Positions 27,273-37,272 of a stretch of DNA of 64,000 nt are shown one piece after another. The DNA is from a virus (lineage: Duplodnaviria > Caudoviricetes): positions 25,414 through 89,413 of IMG/VR virus record IMGVR_UViG_3300012344_000020; one strand, written 5' to 3'. The first letter of the stretch is position 1. Each line of letters opens with the position of its first letter. Both the position numbers and the translations under genes were made by a program. The notes beneath the pieces were generated by a model. It made no database searches, was not told where the DNA came from, and saw only the letters and a program-made list of their open reading frames with translations.

Positions 27273-28346
27273 ATGTTTGAAGAGCAATGTTCCATATACG
27301 CCGACGCCCTCGACAACGTAGGTCGATATGTAGACCAGGAGACGGGCGAGTGCATACAGCAGATGTCTATCCGTGATTTTTGCCTTACGGACAGATGGCG
27401 GCCGTATGTAGAGCACTTGCGTGCCTTGCGTCAGGAATATGGAGCCAAGGCAAAGAAGATGCCGGAGTATATCGACACCAAGAAGAAACTGCCCGGTGCC
27501 ACACTGAGCGGGCTCTTTGAGATACGCAATGACGAGTGTACACGCAGGGACGGCAGCAAGTTTATTGCGCCCGTGTCGCGTCGTGAGACCCATCTGAAGC
27601 AGCACACCGGTTGGCTGGCCATCGACATCGACCTGGCGGACAATGCCCATCTGTCCAACTTCAACAATGTGCAGATGCTGGTGCGTTTCCGTCCTGAGAT
27701 AGCCTTGTTGATGCGCTCATGTTCAGGCACTGGCTTCTTCGGACTTGTGCGCCTTGCCTATCCCGACCGCCACAAGGAGCAGTTCAAGGCATTACTCAAG
27801 GAGTATGCAGCCTTTGGCATCATGCTCGACAAGCAATGCGGCAATATCGGTCGTGTGCGCTTTGCCTCGTGGGACGATCCGCAGCATATATATATAAATG
27901 AGAAGGCAATAGCTTATAAAGGTTTGGAGCAAGATGTCCCGCAACTCGTTCCACAACCGCAGCAACATTATGCACAGATACCTGCAAGCCATTATTCGCA
28001 ATCGGCTGACCATTCAGCCTTCTGGCAGAACCAGCGCGTGCAAGACCGCCTTGTGGAGCTTTGCGTACAAGCGATGGTGCAGCGTGGCGTGAACATCACG
28101 GAAGATTATGACGATTGGGTGAAGGCAGGTTGGGCACTAAAGGGGCATCCCTATGGCGAACAGCTTTTTCACAGTCTGTCGTCAATGAGCAGGAAGTATA
28201 ACGCTGCCAACACCGCCCATAAGTGGCAACAGCTCGGACAGAGCAACACCGTGAGTGGCAACTATATCATCCATGCCTGCAAGGAGACGCTTGGAGAAAT
28301 GGAATACAGTCAAATAAGAAGAAAGGTTTGGGAGGAAATGAAATGA
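27273..28346 (+). CDS. primase-like protein (VirE-N/BT4734-like plus PriCT-2)
   Basis: HTGWLAIDID, SCSGTG, RVRFASWD; C-terminal YDDWVKAGWAL...LFHSLS..SRKY. Confidence 0.8.
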   Translation: MFEEQCSIYADALDNVGRYVDQETGECIQQMSIRDFCLTDRWRPYVEHLRALRQEYGAKAKKMPEYIDTKKKLPGATLSGLFEIRNDECTRRDGSKFIAPVSRRETHLKQHTGWLAIDIDLADNAHLSNFNNVQMLVRFRPEIALLMRSCSGTGFFGLVRLAYPDRHKEQFKALLKEYAAFGIMLDKQCGNIGRVRFASWDDPQHIYINEKAIAYKGLEQDVPQLVPQPQQHYAQIPASHYSQSADHSAFWQNQRVQDRLVELCVQAMVQRGVNITEDYDDWVKAGWALKGHPYGEQLFHSLSSMSRKYNAANTAHKWQQLGQSNTVSGNYIIHACKETLGEMEYSQIRRKVWEEMK

Positions 28347-29113
28347 TAGAACTGAATAAAATATATAATGAGGATTGCTTGGAAGGTATGCAACGCATAC
28401 CTGATGGGAGTGTGGATTGTATTATTTGCGATTTGCCCTACGGAGTGCTTAATAAAAACAACGAAAATGTCAGTTGGGATAGTATTCTTCCTCTTGAAGA
28501 ATTATGGAAGTATTATTTGAGAATAGCAAAAACAAATTCGGCTTTCATTTTATTTGGGCAGGGAATGTTTACTTGTCAATTAATGATGAGCAAACCAGAA
28601 ATATGGAGGTATAACCTTATTTGGAATAAGCAAAGAACAACAGGATTTCTTAATGCAAAAAGACAACCATTAAGACAAACAGAAGTAATATCTGTATTCT
28701 ATCGTGAACAGCCAGTTTACAATCCTCAAATGCGAAAATGTGCTGTGCATGAGCGAAATCATAGTCGCGGAAAGCAGGAAGGACTTTCTACAAATAGATG
28801 TTATGGTAATTACGGAAAGGCAAGAGATATTGTTTCCGATGAAAAATATCCAACCGATTTAATCTCATTTCAGAGAAATGTACACACAGGGGTTCATCCT
28901 ACCCAAAAGCCGGTAGACCTTGTTCGTTATCTTGTGCGTTCCTATACTAATGAGGGAGATATTGTCCTCGACAACTGCATGGGCAGTGGCACCACAGCCA
29001 TCGCCTGCATCAAAGAGAAGCGCAACTTCATCGGTTTTGAGTTAAACAAAGAATATTACGACATGGCTTGCAAACGAATAGATAATGAATTAAGACAACC
29101 CACTTTATTTTAA
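28343..29113 (+). CDS. N6-adenine/N4-cytosine DNA methyltransferase (beta class)
   Basis: IYNEDCLEGM, DLPYG, HPTQKP, VLDNCMGSGTT; ATGA overlap with the primase. Confidence 0.9.
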   Translation: MIELNKIYNEDCLEGMQRIPDGSVDCIICDLPYGVLNKNNENVSWDSILPLEELWKYYLRIAKTNSAFILFGQGMFTCQLMMSKPEIWRYNLIWNKQRTTGFLNAKRQPLRQTEVISVFYREQPVYNPQMRKCAVHERNHSRGKQEGLSTNRCYGNYGKARDIVSDEKYPTDLISFQRNVHTGVHPTQKPVDLVRYLVRSYTNEGDIVLDNCMGSGTTAIACIKEKRNFIGFELNKEYYDMACKRIDNELRQPTLF

Positions 29114-29118
29114 TATAT

Positions 29119-29640
29119 ATGCGACTAATCACCATAACAGGCCCCAGCGGTGCGGGCAAAGACACCGTGGCACGGATGCTGTCGGAAATGACCGACTGGC
29201 CCGTGATATGTTCCTACACCACGCGCCCAATGCGCGAAGGTGAGCAGGAAGGCAGAGAGCACCATTTCGTAAAGGAGTGCAATGTACCCCACTCGGATAT
29301 GATGGCATACACTCAGTATGGCGGATATGAGTATTGGACTACGAAAGAGCAAATCGCGGGTACTGCCATTTATGTGATAGACGAGGAGGGACTGCGCAAC
29401 CTGTACAGTCATTGTCCCGATATGCCGACGATACATCTTTATTTGGATGTAACTGAGGGTGTGCGCCGTGCAAGAGGCGTTTCAGAGGAGCGCATCGCAC
29501 GCGACAAACGCAGACAGTTGCTTCCCGAAAAATTCTATCAGTACTTCATTCACAATATGGATAACAAGGAAATATTGAGATTAAAGGTACGAAAGTTTTA
29601 CGATTGGTTAGGCATCCGATGCCGTGATTTATTCAGATAA
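29119..29640 (+). CDS. gmk: guanylate kinase-like NMP kinase
   Basis: GPSGAGKDT P-loop; SYTTRPMREGE.EGREHHFV. Confidence 0.85.
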   Translation: MRLITITGPSGAGKDTVARMLSEMTDWPVICSYTTRPMREGEQEGREHHFVKECNVPHSDMMAYTQYGGYEYWTTKEQIAGTAIYVIDEEGLRNLYSHCPDMPTIHLYLDVTEGVRRARGVSEERIARDKRRQLLPEKFYQYFIHNMDNKEILRLKVRKFYDWLGIRCRDLFR

Positions 29641-29729
29641 CATCCATAAGGCAAGCGTCAAACAAGATGTACAACATCAGTACAACGTGAGTACAGGATA
29701 AACGGTTATCCGTAAAAGAGAGAATGAAT

Positions 29730-30086
29730 ATGGCAAAAGTACGACCGGCATCGCCCTTCGCTTCCATTTCCGGCAAGCTCAGCAAGAGAGACAAATCGTA
29801 TCTGCGCACCAACAAGCATACGGGTAGGGTGTCGGTCTGCTATGTGGACAATCCGCATCAAGGTCCCTGGAGCGAGAAGCAGACCGACCATCGCAAGGCT
29901 TTCGCTCTGCGCAGCAAGACTGCCTCGCAATGGCTGAAGGACAACGATCCGAAGCGCAACGGAGGCAATGCCACAAAGCAATATAAAGCCATGCTTCGCA
30001 AATACAATGCGCAGCACAACATCGGCAATATCTTTGCTTTTGTGGCTAAACATTATAAGGATGGAGCAATTCAATCTTTTATATAA
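29730..30086 (+). CDS. small basic hypothetical protein
   Basis: MAKV...SISGKL; K/R-rich. Confidence 0.65.
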   Translation: MAKVRPASPFASISGKLSKRDKSYLRTNKHTGRVSVCYVDNPHQGPWSEKQTDHRKAFALRSKTASQWLKDNDPKRNGGNATKQYKAMLRKYNAQHNIGNIFAFVAKHYKDGAIQSFI

Positions 30087-30132
30087 TATATGTTCTACAC
30101 CCTAAACAACAAACTAAGATACACATCAGAAT

Positions 30133-31032
30133 ATGAAGTTTACAGACCCAACAGTGGAATGGTGGCAGCAAGAAACCATCGCACAGCATATTGCCCGAGT
30201 AGGACGGATATGCTACAAGAGCGAGGGTAAGCAGCCCGATCCCGAATTAAGTGAGGAAGAAGCTAAAGCCTTCATACAGAAACGCGACGAGGAGCGCAGC
30301 AAAGGTTTCTGGGACAGCGGGCATTGCTCCATGTACCGACATGGCACCTGCTATTTCTTCGTGCCCAACGAGAAGATGCTGCACACCGTATATGCGTGGT
30401 CGCTTATGGTGGCATCGCCCTATATATCATACGAGGTGAAGGGTAATAAGGTATGGATAAGCACCAATATGCAGTTTCTTTGCGAGCAAGGGCAACTGAT
30501 GCAGATGCTGTCGCCCTATGGCGTGAGCGAGGAAGAGTATATCAAGAAGGCGATGAAGTGCAAGTGCAATGAAGCCTTGTGGCTCCTGCGCATGACCTTT
30601 GTCGTAACCACACAGATAAGCACATCGCGCGAGCTGAACCGCACATCGCCCAATGCCATTGCCGAACAGAGCACACGCTACTGCAACCTGGAGAAGAAAG
30701 GTGGCGTGCAGGTGTGCGAACCAAGATGGTATGCAGCCGGCACACGCTGGCAAAGGTTCCTTTACAGGACGGCTTGCTCCATCGGCTCGTGGTTATACAA
30801 CCGACTGCTGAAGTCTGGCTTGAAACCGCAGGACGCACGCGGCATCCTTCCGCTCGACACCTATACCGTGGTGGCTTACACATACAGTATCAAGGAATGG
30901 AAGAACATCATTGATTTGCGCTGGCACGAAACGACAGGCAAGGCGCATCCTAATGCCAAGTATGTGGTGGGCGACATCCGTAATATCATCAATAAAAGGA
31001 TGAAAGAGTATATTCCCGATTTTGATATATAA
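30133..31032 (+). CDS. thyX: FAD-dependent thymidylate synthase ThyX-like (degenerate signature)
   Basis: RVGRICYKS, SRELNRTSPNAIAEQSTRY, PQDARGILP, HP.A. Confidence 0.8.
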   Translation: MKFTDPTVEWWQQETIAQHIARVGRICYKSEGKQPDPELSEEEAKAFIQKRDEERSKGFWDSGHCSMYRHGTCYFFVPNEKMLHTVYAWSLMVASPYISYEVKGNKVWISTNMQFLCEQGQLMQMLSPYGVSEEEYIKKAMKCKCNEALWLLRMTFVVTTQISTSRELNRTSPNAIAEQSTRYCNLEKKGGVQVCEPRWYAAGTRWQRFLYRTACSIGSWLYNRLLKSGLKPQDARGILPLDTYTVVAYTYSIKEWKNIIDLRWHETTGKAHPNAKYVVGDIRNIINKRMKEYIPDFDI

Positions 31033-31071
31033 ACCAAAAAGTTGAACAAAACGCAAATTATTTGCTTTAAA

Positions 31072-31518
31072 ATGAAAATGCTATTCAAGAAAACCAACGA
31101 GAATGCACAGATACCATTCAAGGCAGACGGTCACGAGGCTGATTTTTGTTATGATTGTGTTGCAGTGAGTGAGGAGGAGATTGCTCCTAACGTGTGGAAA
31201 TATGGTCTTGGCTTTGCGCTCCAGCCAGTGAACGATTTTGACGGACACAATATCCGTGGAATAAATGTGCGTCCTCGCTCGTCGATATGGAAAACGGGTA
31301 TGGTGCTTTCCAATTCTACGGGTACTGTTGATGAGATTTATACAGGCGAGATTTCCGCCGTGTTCTATCATGTCATGCCCAATATGCCACGCTATAAGGT
31401 TGGCGACAAAATTTGTCAGCTTTGTTTGGAGCGTACCGAGGCTTTGGAGTTTGTGGAAGTCAAAGAACTTCGCAAGACTGCGCGAGGTGAGAACGGATAT
31501 GGCTCATCAGGCAAATAA
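31072..31518 (+). CDS. dut: trimeric dUTPase
   Basis: RPRSS, GTVDEIYTGEI, RGENGYGSSG. Confidence 0.9.
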   Translation: MKMLFKKTNENAQIPFKADGHEADFCYDCVAVSEEEIAPNVWKYGLGFALQPVNDFDGHNIRGINVRPRSSIWKTGMVLSNSTGTVDEIYTGEISAVFYHVMPNMPRYKVGDKICQLCLERTEALEFVEVKELRKTARGENGYGSSGK

Positions 31519-31524
31519 TAGTCT

Positions 31525-31704
31525 ATGCCGCGCCGTATCAACAAGGACTGCCCGTTCACGGCAGAAGAGATAGACGAGTTTCACGCTATGCTTTATAGCG
31601 TGAACACGTCGTTTCATTGTGCAAATCCGGCTCCTGTGAGTTGGCTGAAAGGCTATCAGAATTACAGCAGCCGAATTGCAATTAATAACGATTATGATAA
31701 ATAA
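31525..31704 (+). CDS. 59-aa hypothetical protein
   Basis: Fills the gap between dut and the next ORF; below the track cutoff. Confidence 0.45.
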   Translation: MPRRINKDCPFTAEEIDEFHAMLYSVNTSFHCANPAPVSWLKGYQNYSSRIAINNDYDK

Positions 31705-31718
31705 ACGATTTCACGACC

Positions 31719-32672
31719 ATGAGCAAGAAGAATAAACCTACCCCGGCAAGTGAGGCTCGCCAACTCGAAAAGGCGAAGGCGCAGCCTACTATCTATACGT
31801 TCAATTTCAAGGATGTGCCTGCCGACAAATATACGGAAGCCCTAAAGGTGCTGTTTGCCAATCCCGACTTTGCCGAAGCCGTGGAGAAGCGTAACACACT
31901 GGTGAAGTCAGCCGGTCGCATACCGCGAGGCACGTCGCAGATGACATCCATCATCAATGCCATTCAGCAGCGCGACCGCAAGTTGACTGACATCATGTAT
32001 TCCACTGTCGTACAAATCAACCTGCACTCCAACGAGGGCTGCGACTTCATATCGTTTGCCAATCTGCTGAAGTACTACGTCGACTACTCCAAGGAGGGTA
32101 TGCGTGAGAATGTGGGCAAACTGGCTGCCAACCTCGACAAGATTACATTTCTTGCCGATATGCTCGAAAGTGTGCTGGTAGACGTGAAATCGGATATGCG
32201 CACGGTGTTCGGACCCACCATTGAGTTCAACCAGTTTGATGCCGTGCAGCAGGTGTTGACACAACTCCGTGGCTTCTTCAAGTCTACACGCAGCGGGGAT
32301 GCCGACAAGCCGGAATCGAAACTCTACTTCGACTATTCCGACTCCATCAACGAGTATCTGGAAAAACGTCTGAAGACCTACACCGACAAATACCGCAAGC
32401 TGCACCCTATCCCCAAGGCTTACACTGCCGAGGATATGGTGAACGCCGTGCATGAGATATTCCATGTTGACCACCGCCTCGCCAAGGCTTTCATCAAGCA
32501 CACTGAGTCGGGCGGAGCCTATATTGATGCCACTGCCCTTGCTTTCAATCTCAACGCCGAGCAGACGCAGATGATAGACAAGCTCACGGGCAAGGTGGAG
32601 AAGAAGGATGCACTCAACTACTCTTTTGCTATCACGGATGCCGTGATGAAAACTTACTCTGAAACAAAATAA
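31719..32672 (+). CDS. hypothetical helical protein (317 aa)
   Basis: Long ORF in the operon. Confidence 0.8.
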   Translation: MSKKNKPTPASEARQLEKAKAQPTIYTFNFKDVPADKYTEALKVLFANPDFAEAVEKRNTLVKSAGRIPRGTSQMTSIINAIQQRDRKLTDIMYSTVVQINLHSNEGCDFISFANLLKYYVDYSKEGMRENVGKLAANLDKITFLADMLESVLVDVKSDMRTVFGPTIEFNQFDAVQQVLTQLRGFFKSTRSGDADKPESKLYFDYSDSINEYLEKRLKTYTDKYRKLHPIPKAYTAEDMVNAVHEIFHVDHRLAKAFIKHTESGGAYIDATALAFNLNAEQTQMIDKLTGKVEKKDALNYSFAITDAVMKTYSETK

Positions 32673-32678
32673 ACACTT

Positions 32679-33413
32679 ATGCCAAATATCTACCTTCGTC
32701 TGCCTGTGAGCCGATGCCAGTATTTCCGGCACCGCGACCCGAACCATACGCTTGCCAAGAACGAACCTGTGGTTTTCAGCTCTTATATGCCTGAATATTT
32801 CGCTATGCGCAACGCATTGAGCAATGCCGGTGCCATTACGCAGAATGTAAACCAGCAGTGTTTTTCCCATCAGCAATGGCGCAACATGATGAACGGTAGG
32901 CATCCGCTTGGCGGCGACGTGCTTGTGAAACGCGACAACACGGAATATCTTACCTTTGCAGAGGTGCAACGGCTCAACGGCTATAAGGATTACAGCAAGA
33001 GCATCAACGAGGACTATCTTTGCATCAAATTGCCTACCGAGATTGAGGTGGTAGATACCGTGCGTGTCGTTACGCCGACATGGAACCTCGACAGAATCGG
33101 AACGTACAAGTTGATTGAGTTGCTGAACAACGATTTCAAACGGTGTATGGTGGAATGGGTGTTGTCTACCTTTGATTACTGCACTGCAAACGGCAAGATT
33201 ATAGCTCGCAGCAAGTCGGCTATGATGGAGCGTTTTCTGATGCGTTACGGCATCGACCCGTCGCAGGAAGAGAAGGACAACATGCGCCGCATAGTGGAAA
33301 GATGGCTCAAGGCTGAGCATAGCTTTTTCCGTTCATATTCGTGTCTTGACATGCAGTATGTTGACGATAACGAGCGAAAGCATCATATTGATGAAATTCA
33401 ATGGATAGAGTAG
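32679..33413 (+). CDS. hypothetical protein (244 aa)
   Basis: Long ORF in the operon. Confidence 0.8.
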   Translation: MPNIYLRLPVSRCQYFRHRDPNHTLAKNEPVVFSSYMPEYFAMRNALSNAGAITQNVNQQCFSHQQWRNMMNGRHPLGGDVLVKRDNTEYLTFAEVQRLNGYKDYSKSINEDYLCIKLPTEIEVVDTVRVVTPTWNLDRIGTYKLIELLNNDFKRCMVEWVLSTFDYCTANGKIIARSKSAMMERFLMRYGIDPSQEEKDNMRRIVERWLKAEHSFFRSYSCLDMQYVDDNERKHHIDEIQWIE

Positions 33414-33479
33414 AAATGCTTTATTAGTGTTAAATTGAATGTGAAACTATATTAAAAAACAAGCAAAATTATAATACCT

Positions 33480-33971
33480 ATGGATTTACCCGATAATTGC
33501 CGAGAAATATTCCTCGAAGGCGTGACAGACGCTTATGTCTATCCGCGAAGTGGTAGTCAGATATCTGTGCCGTTCAGCATGGCGCAGATACTCCAAATCA
33601 ATAACTGCAAGTTTGCCGATGCCCTCCTTCATATTGGTACTATTGATGGGGCAGAAGTAATCGCCGAGAGTTTATCGGCAAAGTCTACTGTCAGTAGAAC
33701 TGGTTACGGTGCATCATTTTCGCTCGATATTAGTGCTACAATAACTGACGGAAAGACTAATGTGCGTGAAACGCAACGTAAAATAGCCATCGAACAGCAG
33801 GATTGCTATATTGTTCTCAAGCGAGAAGACGGACAATTCTATCTCTGCTATTCTCTACCTGGTACGTTTGCTTTTAATGCAACAACCACATCGGCACAGA
33901 CCAGTGAACAGATGTCGCTGTCTGTGTCGTGCAAGTCAATGTCTGATTTTATTCCTATAACAATACTTTAA
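33480..33971 (+). CDS. hypothetical protein (163 aa), possibly tail-tube-like
   Basis: Beta-strand-rich pattern loosely like 37273..37827; inference only. Confidence 0.6.
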   Translation: MDLPDNCREIFLEGVTDAYVYPRSGSQISVPFSMAQILQINNCKFADALLHIGTIDGAEVIAESLSAKSTVSRTGYGASFSLDISATITDGKTNVRETQRKIAIEQQDCYIVLKREDGQFYLCYSLPGTFAFNATTTSAQTSEQMSLSVSCKSMSDFIPITIL

Positions 33972-34010
33972 GATTCAGTTCTATTTTCTAAGAAACTTTC
34001 ATATCTACCG

Positions 34011-34041
34011 TGCCGTTGTCCGTGAGGATAGCGGCATTTTT
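34011..34041 (+). terminator. intrinsic terminator
   Basis: TGCCGTTGTCC-GTGA-GGATAGCGGCA followed by a T-run. Confidence 0.75.
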
Positions 34042-34075
34042 GTCCTAATGCCAAGATGTTAGCCCCGTACCTTTG
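34041..34075 (+). promoter_or_regulatory. promoter motif TGTCCT-N21-TACCTTTG for the head operon
   Basis: TGTCCT at 34041 and TACCTTTG at 34068. Confidence 0.65.
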
Positions 34076-34148
34076 CAATAGACAATTTGAGGGCATTTCC
34101 CAAGGTAAGGGGATTGTTTCAGGATAACAACACAAACACAAAACTTTA

Positions 34149-35792
34149 ATGAAAGGCTTATACGAAATTCTAACTGAAAAGAAGTGGATGGTCAGTCCTG
34201 ACTTCGTGCATGGCATCCGCAAAGCCTTGGAGCAGAACCTGAACACGCACGCGGCTTTCAGCAAGCCGGAGAAAACGTGCGGTTTCGTTTTTGCCGTAGC
34301 AGCCGATGGCTCGATTTACTATCCGGAGGAATATCAGATTTCGGAGGACGGACAGCAGGCGAAGTCTAACTGGGCACTCGAATATGAGGAGGAGCAGACC
34401 TTTCCTTTCGTTTCGGTATTGACCATCGACGGACCTATCACACGCAATGGTGGCGGTTGCTCGTATGGCTCTATCGATCATCGCGACATGATGATGCGTG
34501 CTGCCAACCACCCACTCTGCTGCGGACACGTCTTTATCATTAACACACCGGGCGGTTCGGCATGGGCAAAGAACGACTACCAGCAGGCTATCGACTATGC
34601 CCATTCCAAGGGGCAAAAGGTCTTGGCTTTCGTTGATGGCATGTGCGCTTCGGCAGGTATGTATCTCGCGGCTCTTTGCGATGAGCGTTACTACATGCAC
34701 CCGAAGAACGAGATTGGTTGCATCGGTGTGATGGCGGCTTTCTATACCGAGGCTGACGGAAGCACCAACAAGTTTACCAACGAGACGTACCACGAGCTTT
34801 ACGACCCTGAGTCGTTTGACAAAAACCGTGAGTTACGCGACATTGCCAACGATGGCAAGACGGAGGCTCTGGTCAGTGAACTTGCCGAACTTGGTGTGGA
34901 GTTCCGTGCTGTCGTAAAGGCGGCTTGCCCTAATGCCACTGACGAGCATCTGCACGGCAAGGTGTTCAACGCCGAGGATGTGAAGGGTATTCTGATGGAC
35001 GGACAGTCAGACTTCATGTCGGTCGTTCAGCGTGCCTTTGCCCTGCATAATGGTACGGCACAGCCTATCGAGCGCAACACGCCCGATGATGAACCGCAGA
35101 ACGAGCCGGAGCCAAGCACCGAACCCGCAAAACCGGAGGATAACTCAACCAACACAAAAACTTCTATTGATATGCAGAACTATCCATTTATCAATGCTGC
35201 TTGCGGCATGAAGGAGGGTGAGATTACGGTCAAGGAAGAGGGCGCATTTATGAATGCACCTTTGCTTGACGCTCTCGAAGCTTCTCTTGCCGACAACAAG
35301 CAGAAGGTGGCTGATGCCGAGCAGAAAGCCACCACAGCGGAGCAGTCCCTCGCAGAGATGCAGGGCCGTCTTGACGAAATCTCCGCACAGCTCACAGCTG
35401 CCAACAATGCCAAGGAGGACGCAGAAAAGGCTCTTGCCGACGCTAAGGAGGCACACAGTAAGGAAATCGAAAATCTCAACACTGCCCACACCGAGGCTAT
35501 TGCCAAGAAGGACGAGGAGATTGCGCAGCTCAACGAGGGCAAGCAGAATGTCGAAAAGGAATTGACTGGCTCTAAGGAGGCGCTTGCCGCTGCCGAGCAG
35601 AAGATTGCCGACAAGGACGCTCAGATTGCACAGCTCACCAATGAGCCGAGCGAGGAGCAGAACGCTGGCGAGGCTCCTGCCAACAACGGCGAGGGCGCAA
35701 AGGTGCAGTCGCTCCGTGAGTTCGACCCGTCGGGCTACAAGACCAATACCGAGCGCAAGGCTGCCTTCGAGCGTTTCAAGCGTGGTGAGTAA
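34149..35792 (+). CDS. S49 (SppA/ClpP-like) prohead protease with C-terminal coiled-coil scaffold
   Basis: INTPGGSA, MCASAGMYLA, IGCIGV; long heptad C-terminus; directly upstream of the capsid gene. Confidence 0.85.
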   Translation: MKGLYEILTEKKWMVSPDFVHGIRKALEQNLNTHAAFSKPEKTCGFVFAVAADGSIYYPEEYQISEDGQQAKSNWALEYEEEQTFPFVSVLTIDGPITRNGGGCSYGSIDHRDMMMRAANHPLCCGHVFIINTPGGSAWAKNDYQQAIDYAHSKGQKVLAFVDGMCASAGMYLAALCDERYYMHPKNEIGCIGVMAAFYTEADGSTNKFTNETYHELYDPESFDKNRELRDIANDGKTEALVSELAELGVEFRAVVKAACPNATDEHLHGKVFNAEDVKGILMDGQSDFMSVVQRAFALHNGTAQPIERNTPDDEPQNEPEPSTEPAKPEDNSTNTKTSIDMQNYPFINAACGMKEGEITVKEEGAFMNAPLLDALEASLADNKQKVADAEQKATTAEQSLAEMQGRLDEISAQLTAANNAKEDAEKALADAKEAHSKEIENLNTAHTEAIAKKDEEIAQLNEGKQNVEKELTGSKEALAAAEQKIADKDAQIAQLTNEPSEEQNAGEAPANNGEGAKVQSLREFDPSGYKTNTERKAAFERFKRGE

Positions 35793-35859
35793 GGCATTCC
35801 TTCCATACTAAAAGTTCTTTTCATTCATAAGTAATAACAACACAAAAACACAAAACACA

Positions 35860-37158
35860 ATGGCAACACTTCCAAAAGATTTTATCGGCATTGACGCGCT
35901 TCAGCACGTTGCCGAGCAGGTGAGCAAGGAAATCCTTATGGGTCCTGGCTATACCGACGCAGAGGAAATGGATCGTCTTGGTATCAACACCATCAGTGGT
36001 GTTCAGTTTAAGCGAACCTTCCATCTGTTTATCCGTAAGGGTGGTACAACCCGCCGTAAGGATGTTCACAGAGAGATTAACAGCGAGGCTGGATTCCTCA
36101 AAGAGCGTACACTTGTCGCCAAACTCTCGTGGGATAAGTTTCCTGCCAATATCGATGACTTCTGTGAGACAGTATTCGGCACGGATGCGCAGGGTCAGTT
36201 CCCGCTCTCGGCAGAGGCTACAGAGGCAATTCTGAAAGACTATGCAGACAACCTCGCTGCTTGTCTGTGGTTTGGCGACATTTCGCTGGATAATGGCGAT
36301 GACAAGGTCCCTGCTCGTGACCAGGCTATGGCCCTCTACGATGGTTTCCACACTTGCATCAAGCACGACATCGAGGATGGTCTTATCAGCGAGACTAATG
36401 GCAACCTCGTTCATTGCGAGGCTATCACGGCTCCGGTTGACACCGACGACACCACTCCTTATGACAATTTCATAGATTGGCATAGAAGATGGGATGAGCG
36501 TCTGCGCAAAGTTCCTACCCGTGTATTCATGAACGAGGAAACAGCCATGAACATTGCTTCTGGTTACGCCAACAAGTTCCATGGCAATTTCCGTGTAGAG
36601 TACAATCAGGGCGACAACTTCAAGCTGCCTGGCTTGTCTAAGGTTACTATCTGTCCTATTGCCAACTTTGGCGAAGGCGACCGTATGTACGCTACTGTTG
36701 ACGACAACTTTGTTTACGGTGTAGACACTTTGAGCAATCAGCAGTATGTCAGCGTGCGCCTTGGCTCCGACAGAGACCACCGAGACCTCAGCTTCCAGAT
36801 TCAATCAATCCAAGGCTGTGGTATAAGGTCTTTCCTGAAATCGAGTCTGGCTGTCAGCGACGGTTCGCTCGCTACTCCTGAGTATGTTGCTGGCGACTAC
36901 GACAACACTAACCTTGTTGTGACTCTCGCAGGTACTGATGGCAATACTCCTGATGGTAAGGTCAAGGTTAATAATACGGAATATAAGAAGCCTGTTGAGA
37001 CTTCAGTAAACGATATTATCTCGCTTGAAGCCACTGATGGTACTTCTTATGTATTCTCCCACTGGAGCAACGGCAAGACCGACAAGACGATTCAGCTCAC
37101 TGCCACCGGCATGAGTATGGGTCTGACTGCTTTCTTCAAGAAGAAGAACGGTCAGTAA
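35860..37158 (+). CDS. major capsid protein with C-terminal Ig/InlB-B-repeat-like domain
   Basis: Position after the protease; size; C-terminal LEATDGTSYVFSHWSNG. Confidence 0.75.
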   Translation: MATLPKDFIGIDALQHVAEQVSKEILMGPGYTDAEEMDRLGINTISGVQFKRTFHLFIRKGGTTRRKDVHREINSEAGFLKERTLVAKLSWDKFPANIDDFCETVFGTDAQGQFPLSAEATEAILKDYADNLAACLWFGDISLDNGDDKVPARDQAMALYDGFHTCIKHDIEDGLISETNGNLVHCEAITAPVDTDDTTPYDNFIDWHRRWDERLRKVPTRVFMNEETAMNIASGYANKFHGNFRVEYNQGDNFKLPGLSKVTICPIANFGEGDRMYATVDDNFVYGVDTLSNQQYVSVRLGSDRDHRDLSFQIQSIQGCGIRSFLKSSLAVSDGSLATPEYVAGDYDNTNLVVTLAGTDGNTPDGKVKVNNTEYKKPVETSVNDIISLEATDGTSYVFSHWSNGKTDKTIQLTATGMSMGLTAFFKKKNGQ

Positions 37159-37194
37159 CCAACGGCTTTATTCACAAGCTCTATAAATTTCCAC

Positions 37195-37240
37195 GGGTGG
37201 CGGGTAACTTGACCCGACCGAACATAGCCAACCGCCACCC
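37195..37240 (+). terminator. branched stem-loop/terminator between capsid and tail genes
   Basis: GGGTGGCGG/CCGCCACCC stem with an inner CGGGT/ACCCG hairpin, then TTTCTTTT. Confidence 0.55.
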
Positions 37241-37272
37241 TTTCTTTTAACAACGCAAAAACACAAAATATT

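Noticed and set aside
31908-33320. 470-aa minus-strand ORF and other long antisense ORFs (e.g. 50240..52081, 56689..57870, 58726..59715)
   Set aside because: Shadow frames of well-supported plus-strand genes in GC-rich codon contexts; no motifs.
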